NCBI GenBank assembly: GCA_964016885.1
Contig: CAXHJY010001693.1
Span: 62,001 to 126,000 of the forward strand
Length of the DNA stretch: 64,000 nucleotides
Reading direction: 5' to 3'
DNA from: Eledone cirrhosa
Taxonomy: Eukaryota
In this document: positions 1 through 26,068 of the stretch, piece after piece
Layout of the letters: each line of letters begins with the position of its first letter
Numbering within the stretch: position 1 is the first letter of the stretch
The notes under the pieces: model-generated
The model's input: the letters and a program-made list of their open reading frames with translations, nothing else
Database searches by the model: none
Told to the model about the DNA's origin: nothing
Program-made: the position numbers and the translations under genes

Positions 1-440
1 CTGTCATGGTGGAATGTTAATTAATGTGAAGATTTGTTAATTGAGTAGCATATCCATATTTGGTACGTTTGGTGAAGAAGTGGAGGTTTTATAATTGGTT
101 GGTTGGACAGCGTTCACTTCGTTGACTATTGTTTGCATTGAACAAGGAACGTTTACTCCACACTGTTTCTCCTCGATTGATTCTGACATTGAATAAAAAG
201 GAAGAAAATTAATATATATCTAAACTATAATAAAGTAAGGAGTGAAGGACTGCGTACGGTTTATAGTTTTTTATCCCGTTAGTAAAATAAGTTGGATTAC
301 TTTGAATAAATAATTAATGAATATTACATAATTTATCTACTAAATTTCGTGGCTGTTCATTAAATATATTTTATTACTTATTTTAAGATTCACTTCTTTA
401 AAATTTTCAAATGTCAACACTTCCGGTTGGCCATCGCTTA
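1..440 (-). promoter_or_regulatory. Possible promoter and 5' leader of a third gene leaving the window on the left
   Basis: ETS-type CACTTCCGG at 418-426; CCACCATG Kozak context with ATG at 5-7; 50-codon upstream ORF at 37-189. Confidence 0.35.
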
Positions 441-565
441 AATAAACATTCATATATTTCCATCACTAATTTTCTCCTAATGCAGTTTATATTTAATATC
501 GTCTTTTTTTAATGTATCATGGATTATGTTACTGATTACAGAAGACAGTGTAACACAGTCTTTGT

Positions 566-14224
<13,659 letters not shown>

Positions 14225-15115
14225 TTTTAGAACACTGCTTCTCTCTCTTTAGTCTGGAATATAGAATATAATATATATATTCACACATATATATATATAT
14301 ATATATACACATACATACACATATATAGAGATAGGGAGTGTAACGTGCAGTTTTACTATATATGTAGAGAGAGAGAGTTTCACAAATTATCAAATTGTGT
14401 AATATATTATCTAGGACACCTGTCGTTGATAATATATTACACAACTCCGTCATTTCAAATCAGTGTTCAACCATGCATATCGTTGACACACACACATATA
14501 TATATAATTTACTTCTGGTGTATCCTTATTTCTGGCACAATAGAAGTTTGTATACAGACCGTTTATGGAAAATTCTGTCAGAAGGGTTGACACATCCTTT
14601 TGTTTTGCTTATTAGGATAAATTACTCTTTTTTGAGCTGTATTTAACCTCTCCAGCCATGGCTTTCACTGTTTACATTGTTTTTGTGAAACGCGATATAT
14701 ACATTTCACATCTATATAATATATAATATGACGAAGGAAGTGTGGTAAGGAACAAGGTGGACCCGAACGCACCAGAGTATTCGATAATATGGGTAGTAGA
14801 GTGGGTGATAGGAAAAGAGTCAGGACCCCGACGGCTGAGCTCCGGTCGTTTCCACAGCTAGATACGAACTGTTGGGAGTTGAGTGAGATACAGAGATTGG
14901 TTTCCATATTTCGCTGAGTCAAACCTTTAGATAGAGTCTCATATCTATCTATATATATATATATATAGACAACATAATATATTACTTAACATTGATGACA
15001 AAGGCATATTATTTTATGAACGAGTTAAGTAAAATAATTTGCCTTTGTTATCATTGTTAAATAATATATTGTTTTATATATATATATAACTTTTTGTACA
15101 CGTTAAAAAGTTCCC

Positions 15116-15156
<41 letters not shown>

Positions 15157-16718
15157 AGGTGCGTTATTTTATCTTTTTCCTTATATACGTATATATATAT
15201 ATATATATATAAAATAAATAAGTCAAATGTTTAAAATTTGGCTTCGTTTATTACTGCTATATATATTTCAGTGACAGCCATCTTTGGCTGTGACCTCTTC
15301 AGGCAGTCCGAATTAGTGTGGTATAGACAAGTACATATGTTGTTGAGGTGTATAACTTTGTCAATACTCTGATATGCCCAGTTCCTGGTTGGGTTGTTAT
15401 TTCACTGAGGAACTGGAATGCTCCAATCTGCATACTGAGGTGTTGGTATACAACCAACATATACTCAAAATATATATATATAAACTAAACAAAAATGTCA
15501 AGCACTCAACGGTCTATCCAGAGTTTTATTATAATAATAAACAAGACGGTTACATTAGTCGACTCCTATTTTATTTTATACGTGTGGCCTCAGTAAAACC
15601 TCTGCCTACTTGTTTATCTTCAGATAAAATGACTTTCGGAAACATTTTTTTACGCTCAGAGTTGCTGAAGCATGGAACAAACTACCTGCATCAGTTGTGA
15701 GCTGTCGAGACACTGCATCCTTTAAGGCCTCCATGCTTCCCGAGATCCACCAACACTACACCTAATGTTCCCCCTCCATACACACATGTATACCATGACT
15801 CATACACTATTCACTTCCCTGACATTTGTGTATTATTCTATATCCCGCCGAGGTTAACTTTGCCTTTCATCCTTACGGGGTCGATAAAATAAAGTACCAG
15901 TAATGTACTGGGTAATTGCTGGCCTTGTGCCAATAGTAGAAACAATTATTCTATGTACTATACATACACCTTTGACGAGTTGTAGTGCGCCTGAGCACTT
16001 TACACAATCATTTCATTATTATTTTAAAATCCATCTCAGTTGATATGGAGACAGTCACCTGAGTTAATAACTCGTCTGACAGGCTGCGTGTCAACGGATA
16101 TAATATATATATATAGACAAAGGTGTGGTAAGATACTAGGTGGACCCTAACGCACCAGGGTACTCGATACTTTAACGTACCACGGTACGTTAGGGTCCAC
16201 CTAGCATCTTACCACACCCTCTTTGTTTATATATATATTTATTTATTAGGAAAAAGATACTAAAACAACGCACCTTGTATATTTATATATATATAATCTA
16301 TATATGCCAATATATACAATATAAAAACCCAAATTATCTGCATATACACCAATATATACAATATACGCACCATATACAGACAAACAAAGCAATATATACA
16401 CTAACAAATCCGTGTATATATATATATATATATAAACCAACAGTTCAGTATATACAATATACACCAATAAATCAGTTTATATACAATATAATATACATCA
16501 TTAAACACCATATATACATCGTTATACACACCATTTAGTCACCAGTTTATATATGATGAAATATTTGGGTGTTTCCTGGAAGACATTGTTTATTGATTTT
16601 AACAAAAATTCCTCCGTTTTCCTTCATTTTCTCTTCCTTTCATCAGAAGACGATATTAAACAGTATTAATTAACATACATTAACATCAATTAAATATTTA
16701 AATTAAGGTTTTCCTTAC

Positions 16719-16895
16719 CTTTTAATGTTGAAACTTTTAACAAAAACAAGAATTAAACTTTAAGTAAGTTCTGACGTCACAGCCTGCACCACTGATCTGA
16801 TTGGTTGACTGCCTATTTTTCACTCCTTTACTTCCTTGTTTCTCTACCCCCCCCCCCTCCGCGTTATTCATAAAAAAACAATGGCCGCCCGGATG
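16719..16895 (-). promoter_or_regulatory. Probable kinase promoter and non-coding exon 1
   Basis: AAG|gtaagg donor at 16718; perfect CRE TGACGTCA at 16772-16779; CCAAT on the minus strand at 16800-16804; YY1-like ATGGCCGCC near 16881; local CpG enrichment. Confidence 0.55.
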
Positions 16896-17759
16896 TGTCT
16901 GTAGTGGACTCTCCAGCCCAGACCGATCTCGGATAAGACGCACTTTTCTAGGGGTCTACCCGCCCCCCATCATTCAAGGATAAGACACTTTTTAGGGGTT
17001 TACCCCCCCCCCCGACCATTTAGGGATAAAACACTTTTCTGAGGTCGGGTTCACTCCCCAGCCCAGACGATTCTGGGATAAGACACGCTTTTCTAGGGGT
17101 CTCGTCCCCCCGCCCACTCTGGGATAAGACACTTTTCTAGGGGTCTCCTCCTGGGATGAAATATAGAAGTTTTCTATGAGCTCTATTAAGATCCTTTATC
17201 CAAACATCTTGCTCAGGGTGGGTCCCCTGCCAGTTGGTTTTGCTCGTAAAATCTGTCTAGGGATTCTTTCCTGAGACATTCTAACCACATGCCCATATCA
17301 GAGCTGTGATCTCTCAATTCCACCCTACCCTCCCTATTGAGCACATCCCTTCACCCCATATACTAACCAGACACCCGTACCTATATATCCATTATGCCCC
17401 CCCCCCATTCTGACATAACCCATCTCCCTCCCCACAGCTGAGAATCTATGACCAACACCCTCTCAGGTGATGGTGCTACAAATACACCCAGTACACTCTG
17501 TAAAGGTGGTTGGTGACAGGAAGGGCTCCCCATTGTAGAAATCATGCCTAATAGGGTTGGGAGGACCCTTTAGTTCTGTCAAAGACACAACAACCTCTTG
17601 TGGTGGTGATCTAGATGCTAAATACACCCAGTACATGCTGTAATGTGGTTGGTGTTAGCAAGGGCAACTAGCCATAGAAGGCTTGCCAAACAAGGGGTCA
17701 GGAAGACCCTTCAGTTGTGTCAAGAACCACGACAACCTCACCTATGCACTCGATATGAC

Positions 17760-18410
17760 CATATGCTCAGTTTTACTCTCAATTCATTTACATTTTGCCG
17801 TTCATGCACACTAGTTACACATCCATTGCATCATGCCACCTTCATTTCTTTCCAATCTCTCTCGATCCTCATCATGCAGTGCCCATGTAGCATTGTTGTG
17901 CACACACAGCTTGTCTTTTATTTTGAGTGAGAGATCTTTTTTAGATAGCAACAACAGGAGCTCCCTGAAATTTTTCAATCCCATTCTTACTCTAGCAACT
18001 GTTTTTTCCCTCACACTTCTGCATACAGAGCAGAGCCATGTTGACTCTAAGGCCTTTTATTTCCAAGTTATATCTCCATGTTTGAAATTTCTCTAATTCT
18101 GTCATAAATTCAGCTGTGAGTGTCAGGTCGTCGGCATATAATATATCATCATCCTTTTACATCCACTGTTCCCCGTTTGCAAGGGTGGGACAGGTCCTCT
18201 TCAGAACAGCATCTCTCCACTCGTCATGGTCCTTCATCATCTCCTGTGTGAGCTTCAGCGATCTGAGGTCAGCTCTCACCATCTCCACTCATGGTTTTCG
18301 TGGTCTTCCTCTCCTGTATCTTCCTTCCACTGGGATTATTTGGCACTTCTTCACCCGTCGGTCATCATCCATGCGCATCACATGTCCGTACCAAAATAGT
18401 CTTCTCTCCT
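17760..18410 (-). mobile_element. RTE LINE C-terminal relic
   Basis: W.K.FRELL..LSLKIK; LFWYGHVMRMDDD..GRPRKPW-like peptides. Confidence 0.65.
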
Positions 18411-19477
18411 ACACAGAAGACTACTATATATATTATAAACAACAGGAGGTAAAAATGTAAGTAATTAGGATATTGATAAAAATTAATAATCATTGATTTG
18501 GCTTTAGTTTATCTCATCGGTTGAAGTTTAATGATCATAGGGTTATAAGTTTGATCCCTGTGACCTTGAGCAAGACCCTTTATTTCACAGTTCTTGTCTA
18601 CACAGCTGAAAAAAAAAAAGAAGAGCTATACCTGTAATTAAAAGGGCCAAGATATGTCACACTGAATCTCTATGAGATCTACCTCTGTGGAATGCTCAGT
18701 CACAAGAGGCTGTTCTTCGCCCATTTATTCCCGAGAGGGTTGTGGGGGAAAAGTCCTCAAACACTCTCTCCAGCAGGTCCTGTCAAAAACAGCTGTCACC
18801 AACTAATCTGGCTGGATCCCTAAGCGAGATCAGCCAAACTCATGGATGTTATCCAACTATCTTGCTTGGGGTCTACCCCTGGGTCTCCTGCTGGTTGGTT
18901 TTGTCCATAAAATCTGTCCAGTGACTCTTTCCCGAGATATTCTAACCACATGTCCATAGTATTAGAGCTGTGATCTCTCAACTCGGAGTAGCAGCTCTAC
19001 CTGGAGTGACTCTCTGACCTCCGAGCTACACACTTTATCAAGTAATGTTACCCCAAAGACCCTTCGGAGGAACCCCATTTTGGCCGGTTGTATTTGCAAT
19101 TGTATTCTCTCGGTCATTACCCAAGTTTCATGACCATCGGTTCCATTGTTCAGTTCTTCAAAAACCTGAAGTAGTTATGTTGCTGGAACCAACAACAACA
19201 ACAGCAACAACAACACAATCTCATAGATTAAATTTATTTTTGAAATCGAGTTTTAGAAAAATGACACATGTTTTTTTATTTAAAGTCTTTCAAATCCCAT
19301 GAATGCAAAAAAAAATGTAAAACTTTTGCTACAACAGAATAATTATTATTATTTTTTTCCTTTTGTATGAAAAAGTGACAAACACGAGTGTTTCCACTTT
19401 TACCAAAGTTTTTCTTCACATACACAATACATACATATATACACACGTGTGTGCATATATACATGAACATATACATC

Positions 19478-19530
<53 letters not shown>

Positions 19531-19572
19531 CAGTTTTGAAAGGTGCATTAAGCATGACACTCACGGTCACTC

Positions 19573-19618
<46 letters not shown>

Positions 19619-19779
19619 TACACATATATATATATATATAAATGATATCTTTATACACACACAGAGTTGTTAAGCAAGACTGCACCAACGTGTATATAAA
19701 TATACACATATCTAATATGTAGGCATGTAAACACGCCAGAGTATGCATGTATATTTGTATATATATATATGTATGTATG

Positions 19780-19842
<63 letters not shown>

Positions 19843-20057
19843 GTGTGTATATATGTATATACATACAGTGTGTATATGTGATGGTGTCTGTTTCAGTGTC
19901 ATTTCATTATTATTATTATTATTGTTATTTATATTTTAGTGTTTTTTGTCCTTTTTTTGTCTTTTTTTTCTTTTGCTTCTCTTTTTTTCTCAGAAATAAA
20001 CAGAAAAAATGGAGAAAAATGGTAAAATACAATGAATAAAGGATGTTTGTTATAAAA

Positions 20058-20697
20058 TGTGGTGTAGTGGTGGTGGTGGTGTGATGTAGTGGTGGTGGTG
20101 TGTTGTAGTGGTTGTGGTGGTGTGATGTAGTGGTGGTGGTGTGTTGTAGTGGTAGTGTGTTGTAGTGGTGATAGTGTGATGGTAGTAGTGTGTTAATGGT
20201 GGTGGTTGTGTATGTGTTATGATGTAGTAGTAGTGGTAATGGTGTAATGTAGTTGCTGTAGTAGTAGTAGTATGTTAGTGGTGGTGGTTGTGTATGTGTT
20301 ATGATGTAGTAGTGGCAATGGTGTAATGTAGTTGCTGTAGTAGTAGTAGTGTGGTGGTGGTTGTGTATGTGTTATGCTGTAATAGTAGTGGCAATGGTGT
20401 AATGTAGTTGCTGTAGTAGTAGTAGTGTGTTAGTGGTGGTGGTTGTGTATGTGGTATGATGTAGTGGTAGTGGTGGTGTTATGATGCTTCTCTTTAAACA
20501 GATGTAGTAGTAGTAGTAACAGTAGTACTGGTGGTGTTAATAGTGGTGATGTGGTGTTGGTTGTGGTGTTAGTTGTAGTGGTGTTGTGTTAGTTGTAGTG
20601 GCGTTGTGTTAGTTGTAGTGGCGTGGTGTTAGTTGTGGTGGCGTGGTGTTAGTTGTGGTGGTGTCGTGTTAGTTGTGGTGGTGGTGTTGGCGGGTGA
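20058..20697. repeat. (GTA/GTG)n compound microsatellite in the presumed ARID2 3' UTR
   Basis: Direct inspection. Confidence 0.9.
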
Positions 20698-21049
20698 TGT
20701 CTAAAAAACTAAGGAGATGTGACATTTTTTTTTTATTATACAAAATACTGACGTGAAGAGTCCGCCTGCCGCCAAAAAATAGTAATTATGAAGTAGATCC
20801 GTATGGTGTGGCATGGAGAGATTGGCTGGGAGGGGGGCGGGGGAGATAGAGGGGGTGATGGAGCCCTTAAATGACTCACTAATAGGTGGAACACACACAC
20901 ACACACACATACATATACATACAGAACTAAAAATAAAGATGAAGATATTTCACACAAATTCATTTTTCTTTGGCTGGGGGAGGGGAGGGGGGGGATAATA
21001 AACAAATTATGAAAATTGTTGGTCAAGTTATGCCATATACACATACATG

Positions 21050-21095
<46 letters not shown>

Positions 21096-21394
21096 CACAC
21101 ACATTATATATGTATATATACACATGCATATATATAAATATATACATATGTATATATATATATAATATATGAATATATATATTATACACATATATATACA
21201 TATATGCATACACGTGTATATATAAATATATATATACACACACACAGAGTGATGAGATGATGTAAGAGAGAAAGAGAGAGAGAGATTAAACCAGCAGAGG
21301 TGGTGTAAAGAGGGTGGGGGTGAGAAGATAGAGATGTTCAGAGCGAGAAAGCAGGTAAGGTTAGGCCAAAGGTTTGGTGACGGCCCATAGCCTG

Positions 21395-21500
21395 CTAATG
21401 ATGCTCAAGGATTTCCCAAAGGCAGTTAGCTAATGCATTGGAGGACTCGACTGCGCTCATGGCAGTGTAGCCCAGGTAGGTCTCGTGCTTCTTCATCAAT
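21395..21500 (-). CDS. ARID2: ARID2 last coding exon (LMKKHE...[13 protein letters not shown])
   Basis: ccag acceptor; TAG stop at 21395-21397. Confidence 0.92.
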
Positions 21501-22980
21501 CTGGAACAAAAACGGAGAAAAAAATAGATTAGATAGCTACAAAATATTATACACGTGTTTGTATATATATATATACAGAATGGAAGCACATGGCTTAGTG
21601 GTTAGCGCATTGGCCTTGCAATCGAAAGGTTGTGAGTTCAATTCTCAGACCGGGTGAGGTGTTGTTTCCTTGAGCAAGACACTTTATTTCACATTGCTCC
21701 AGTTTACTCAGCTGTAGAAATGAGATGATAGGACTGGGGTTCCTATCATTCCACTGCAAAGTAGTCGTGGAGGCGCCACGGAAAAAAGCACCCAGCACTC
21801 ACTGTAAATGAGGTTGGTGTTAGGAAGGGCATCCAGCTGTAGAAATCAGGCCAGAATCAGTTCCCGTCCCACCCTTGCAAGCAGGGAAAAGCGGACGTAA
21901 AATGATGATGATGATGAATACAATTGCAAATACAAGTGGCCAAAATGGGATTCCTCCAAAGGGTCTTTGGAGTAACGTTACTCGATAAAGTGCATAGCTT
22001 GGAGATCACAGCTCCGATACTATGGACATGTGGTTAGAATGTCTCAGGCAAGAATTGCTGGACAGATTTTACGGACAAAACCAACCGGCAGGAGACCCAG
22101 CAAGATGGTTGGATAACATCCATGAGTTTGGCTGATCTCGCTGAGAGATCCAGCCAGATTAGTTGGAGACGGTTGCTTCTGACAGGACCAGGAGTGTTTG
22201 AGGACTCTGCTCCTACGACCTTCTCAGGAATAACTGGACGAAGAAGAAGAGAACCAAGGGGGTTTTAGGCAGTTTGGTTTGGTATGAAAAGGATCAAAGA
22301 CAGCTACCAACCTTCGACCAAGTGTTGAGTATCGTGATAAATTCCTTAGAATCAACGCTGCAGTTAATCTGATGTGTTTTGTAACTGGTCCTTCACGAGC
22401 TTCCTGGAGAGAAAAGTAACAGAAATTCGAATTAGAAATGAAAATATATATATATGTGTGTATATATATATATAGAGAGAGAGAGAATATAGTAGTGATC
22501 AGATTCAGTTAGGGGAAATCGAAGACTGTGTCAACATGCAATGGTTTTAACTCGACAAGTGAAAGGTTTATCCTAGTGTTTCCGTGGTGGTTAACCGTGG
22601 GTACAATGAAGGTAATTCCAGGAGTGTTTATATATAAGAAGTAACATGAATACGACAACATCGCAGTTAGAGAACTAACATTTATTTATTATGTAATTAT
22701 ATAATAAATGTTGATCCTCTAACTGTGATGTTGTCATATCCATGTTACTTTATATATATATAATGTAAATAAAGAAAGAAAAAAAGGAAAAGCCGACATG
22801 TTATCAACATCGAGTTAGGTTGATGTGATTTTGAAAAATTTATTTTACTCTTTGTCTTATTAATCTCAGTAAAATAAACACATGTTCAGCTCAACTTACA
22901 CACATATATAAACACACATGAATATAGGCTCTTAGACACACAGCAGAAATATTTATACATACATATATACATAAACATGT

Positions 22981-23023
<43 letters not shown>

Positions 23024-24565
23024 AAAAAAGGAAGCTGATCATCAGACTGGACCGAGGAAACAGTGTTTCCATTGGTCTGTCGCAACTCCTGGCAGAAGGA
23101 GGTAAGATTTGAACCCAGAAGACACAGGAGGGCACTGGAACAAATACCAAAGTATTTGATGTGACACTTTAACCACAACAACCAGCATGACATCACCACT
23201 ACACTACCACCACTCCAACAACCATCAAAACAGTTACCACAATCACAATTGCGACCACCATCTCCATCACAACCCCCACTAAAGTAACCACCATCACAGC
23301 ACCACACCACTATAACAACAACCACCACCACCTCTACAACAACAACAACCACCACTACTACTATAACCACCACAGCACCACACCACTACAACAACAACCA
23401 CCACTACTATAACCACCACAAGCACCACCACTTCATATAATCTGTTATAATTAAGTCAGGTGAAAATATGGAGAACATTTTTCATCTCGATAAAAAAAAA
23501 CAAAATAACGAAGAAGATAAAAGATAAAAAAAGATGAAAGACAAAATTAAAAATTATAAAAAAAAAAAATCATTCAAAATTATAGAATTTTTAAAAATTA
23601 ATGAATCAAACAACAAAAATATTAATGTCAACAACAACAACATGAGGAACATTTAGACATTAAAAAATACACAAAACATGGACAAGCAATCGCAAAATAT
23701 GAGGAAATAAGAGGTAGGTAGGGATGTAAACATGCAAGGGTTGAGGTAGAAGCAAAGCAAGGGTAATAAAGATGCAGCAAAGATGATTGTTGAAAAGCTC
23801 TAAAAATGGCCATGCACAAATTATCATTATTGTTGTCATTATTATCAATATTTCATTGTGCTTGCCTTGTTCTGTACAGCATCTCCTTCCTGTCGACAGG
23901 TAAAAGGTTAATATGTAGCTTTTAAAGATATTATCACCAACAACCAAGGCTCTCCTTCCCCTCGTTTGTCAACAAAGATTAGGGATTTCAACTCCCAACC
24001 AGCCCCCAAACCCACTTCATAACACACCTCACAACAACATAATCCCACCATCACATACTAGAAGAGATTTAAATACAGTAAGTCCCCCACATTATGAACA
24101 AACTTCCGCAGATAGGAACAGTCCCACGAGGAAAACAAATTAACTGTCGATAACTTTGTTGTCTGTTTTAAACTCCAGATGAACCGAGGATTGCACTGTG
24201 CATAGAGCTTCTCTCACCTTACCAAAGACAATAGTGAAGTGTTCCACTATAATTATATATATATATGAAAAGATTTAGCACCTCGACGGCTGAGCTCTGG
24301 CCAAGTATCGAGTACTCTGGTGGGTTATAGTCTAGCTGGGTTTTACCACACCCTATCTGATATATATATATAAAAAATTTCAGGATCCCGACGGCTGTAT
24401 GTATGTATACCAAGACGGTAGGAAATGGTTTTCCATAGTCTTAGCTGCTCACAGTTACTCATTCACAAAGGATGCTTAGAAGGCAGATAGGATCAAAACA
24501 CTCGGAGTGCTAACCAAATGTATATTTGTAACGGAGCTGTAGCACTAAGAATAAGTCCTGGACCC

Positions 24566-24607
<42 letters not shown>

Positions 24608-26037
24608 TAATTCCACAATTACCAAACCATACTTCAGCACATGCATTTCAAGTTTGGTAATTGCTGTGGAACTAAATCTATACCCAACTTGTCATTTCGA
24701 CTGGGCGCTCTACGAACTTTGGATATAACCTCCAGATATTTCACTACACTATTTTTATTTATTTTTTTTTTTCATCATTTTACGTCAGCTTTTCCCTGCT
24801 TGCAAGGGTGGGACGGGAACTGGTTCTGGCTCGATTTCTACAGCTGGATGCCCTTCCTAACACCAACCTCATTTACACTGAGTCCTGGGTGCTTTTTGCT
24901 GTGGCACCTACACGACCACTTTGCAGTGGAATGATATGGACCCCTGTCCTATCATCTCATTTCTACAGCTGAGTAAACTGGAGCAATGTGAAATAAAGTG
25001 TCTTGCTCAAGGAAACAACACATCACCCAGTCTGAGAATTGAACTCACAACCTTTCGATTGCAAGGCCAATGCTCTAACCACTAAGCCATGTGCCTCCAC
25101 ATATATATATATATATTAGTTCAGATTAAGAGTTTAAGCAATAAATTTCCGCCTTCACCCTAAGCAGGATCATCTGAAACTGAGAAAAATCAATCTGTAG
25201 ACGCAGAAGTAAATATTTAAAAAAGTTACGACCAAATACTGACTTTAGAAAACAGGAAGACATAATGGTGGTGTGAAGATGTTCTCTTGAGACAGGCGAA
25301 ATGTACGCAAGGAGAATAACGTAATTATGTGGAGCAGGAAGAACAAATTCTTGATATGGAAAAATCAGGAGACTAATACACACACACACATATATTATAT
25401 ATATATATATATATATATCAGCTTGAAAAGTTTTTACATATTTCAAAGCTTTGGTCAGTTCATAAGGAACTTCTGGACAGCGTCTGTTCCTAAGACTGAT
25501 TAATGGTGCATTGTGAAGGACCAAGTGCTGCAGACAATGTACGAGTGTTTGACTGTTGTTCAACCATTTCAAGCAAGGCCTCATCTTCCACAACCGAATG
25601 TCACCTTCACTTTGAAACTTCTGAGCCAGTTTTGTGCTACAGATTCGTTGACACTTCCTGGGCCTTCCACATCATTAATTTCTTTTGCCGCTACCCTTGC
25701 ACATAGTTGTTCTTCCACAGGTAGAGTAAAATGGCTCTAATTACAATGTTTTCACCACTCATTATTAAAATAAAGATCAAACAATTCAAAAATGATTGGA
25801 CAACAAGTTGTATCAAACTAATTATATAACATGGAGGTACAAGTTGCCAAATGGGATCAGTGAAAATCCCCCAAAACATTTGAGTCAATAAGGAAATGCC
25901 AAGAAATCGCAGTAGAGGACGACCAAGAAAGACCTGGGCAGAGATGGTGAGAGAAGCCGTGGTGTGAAAGACTCGTCAAACTCATGCAAGTGTTGAAAAA
26001 TGGACGTAAAAAGATGATGATATATATACAGATACAT

Positions 26038-26068
<31 letters not shown>

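Noticed and set aside
16600-16660. CTGATGA...GAAAAC on the minus strand in kinase intron 1
   Set aside because: No pairable stems or NUH site; chance match
21581-21655. tRNA gene
   Set aside because: tRNA-like head of a multi-copy SINE, continuing into the SINE body without a terminator
23030-23090. Possible extra ARID2 exon ([18 protein letters not shown])
   Set aside because: No donor site, and similar sequence at ~48053-48130 indicates a dispersed repeat
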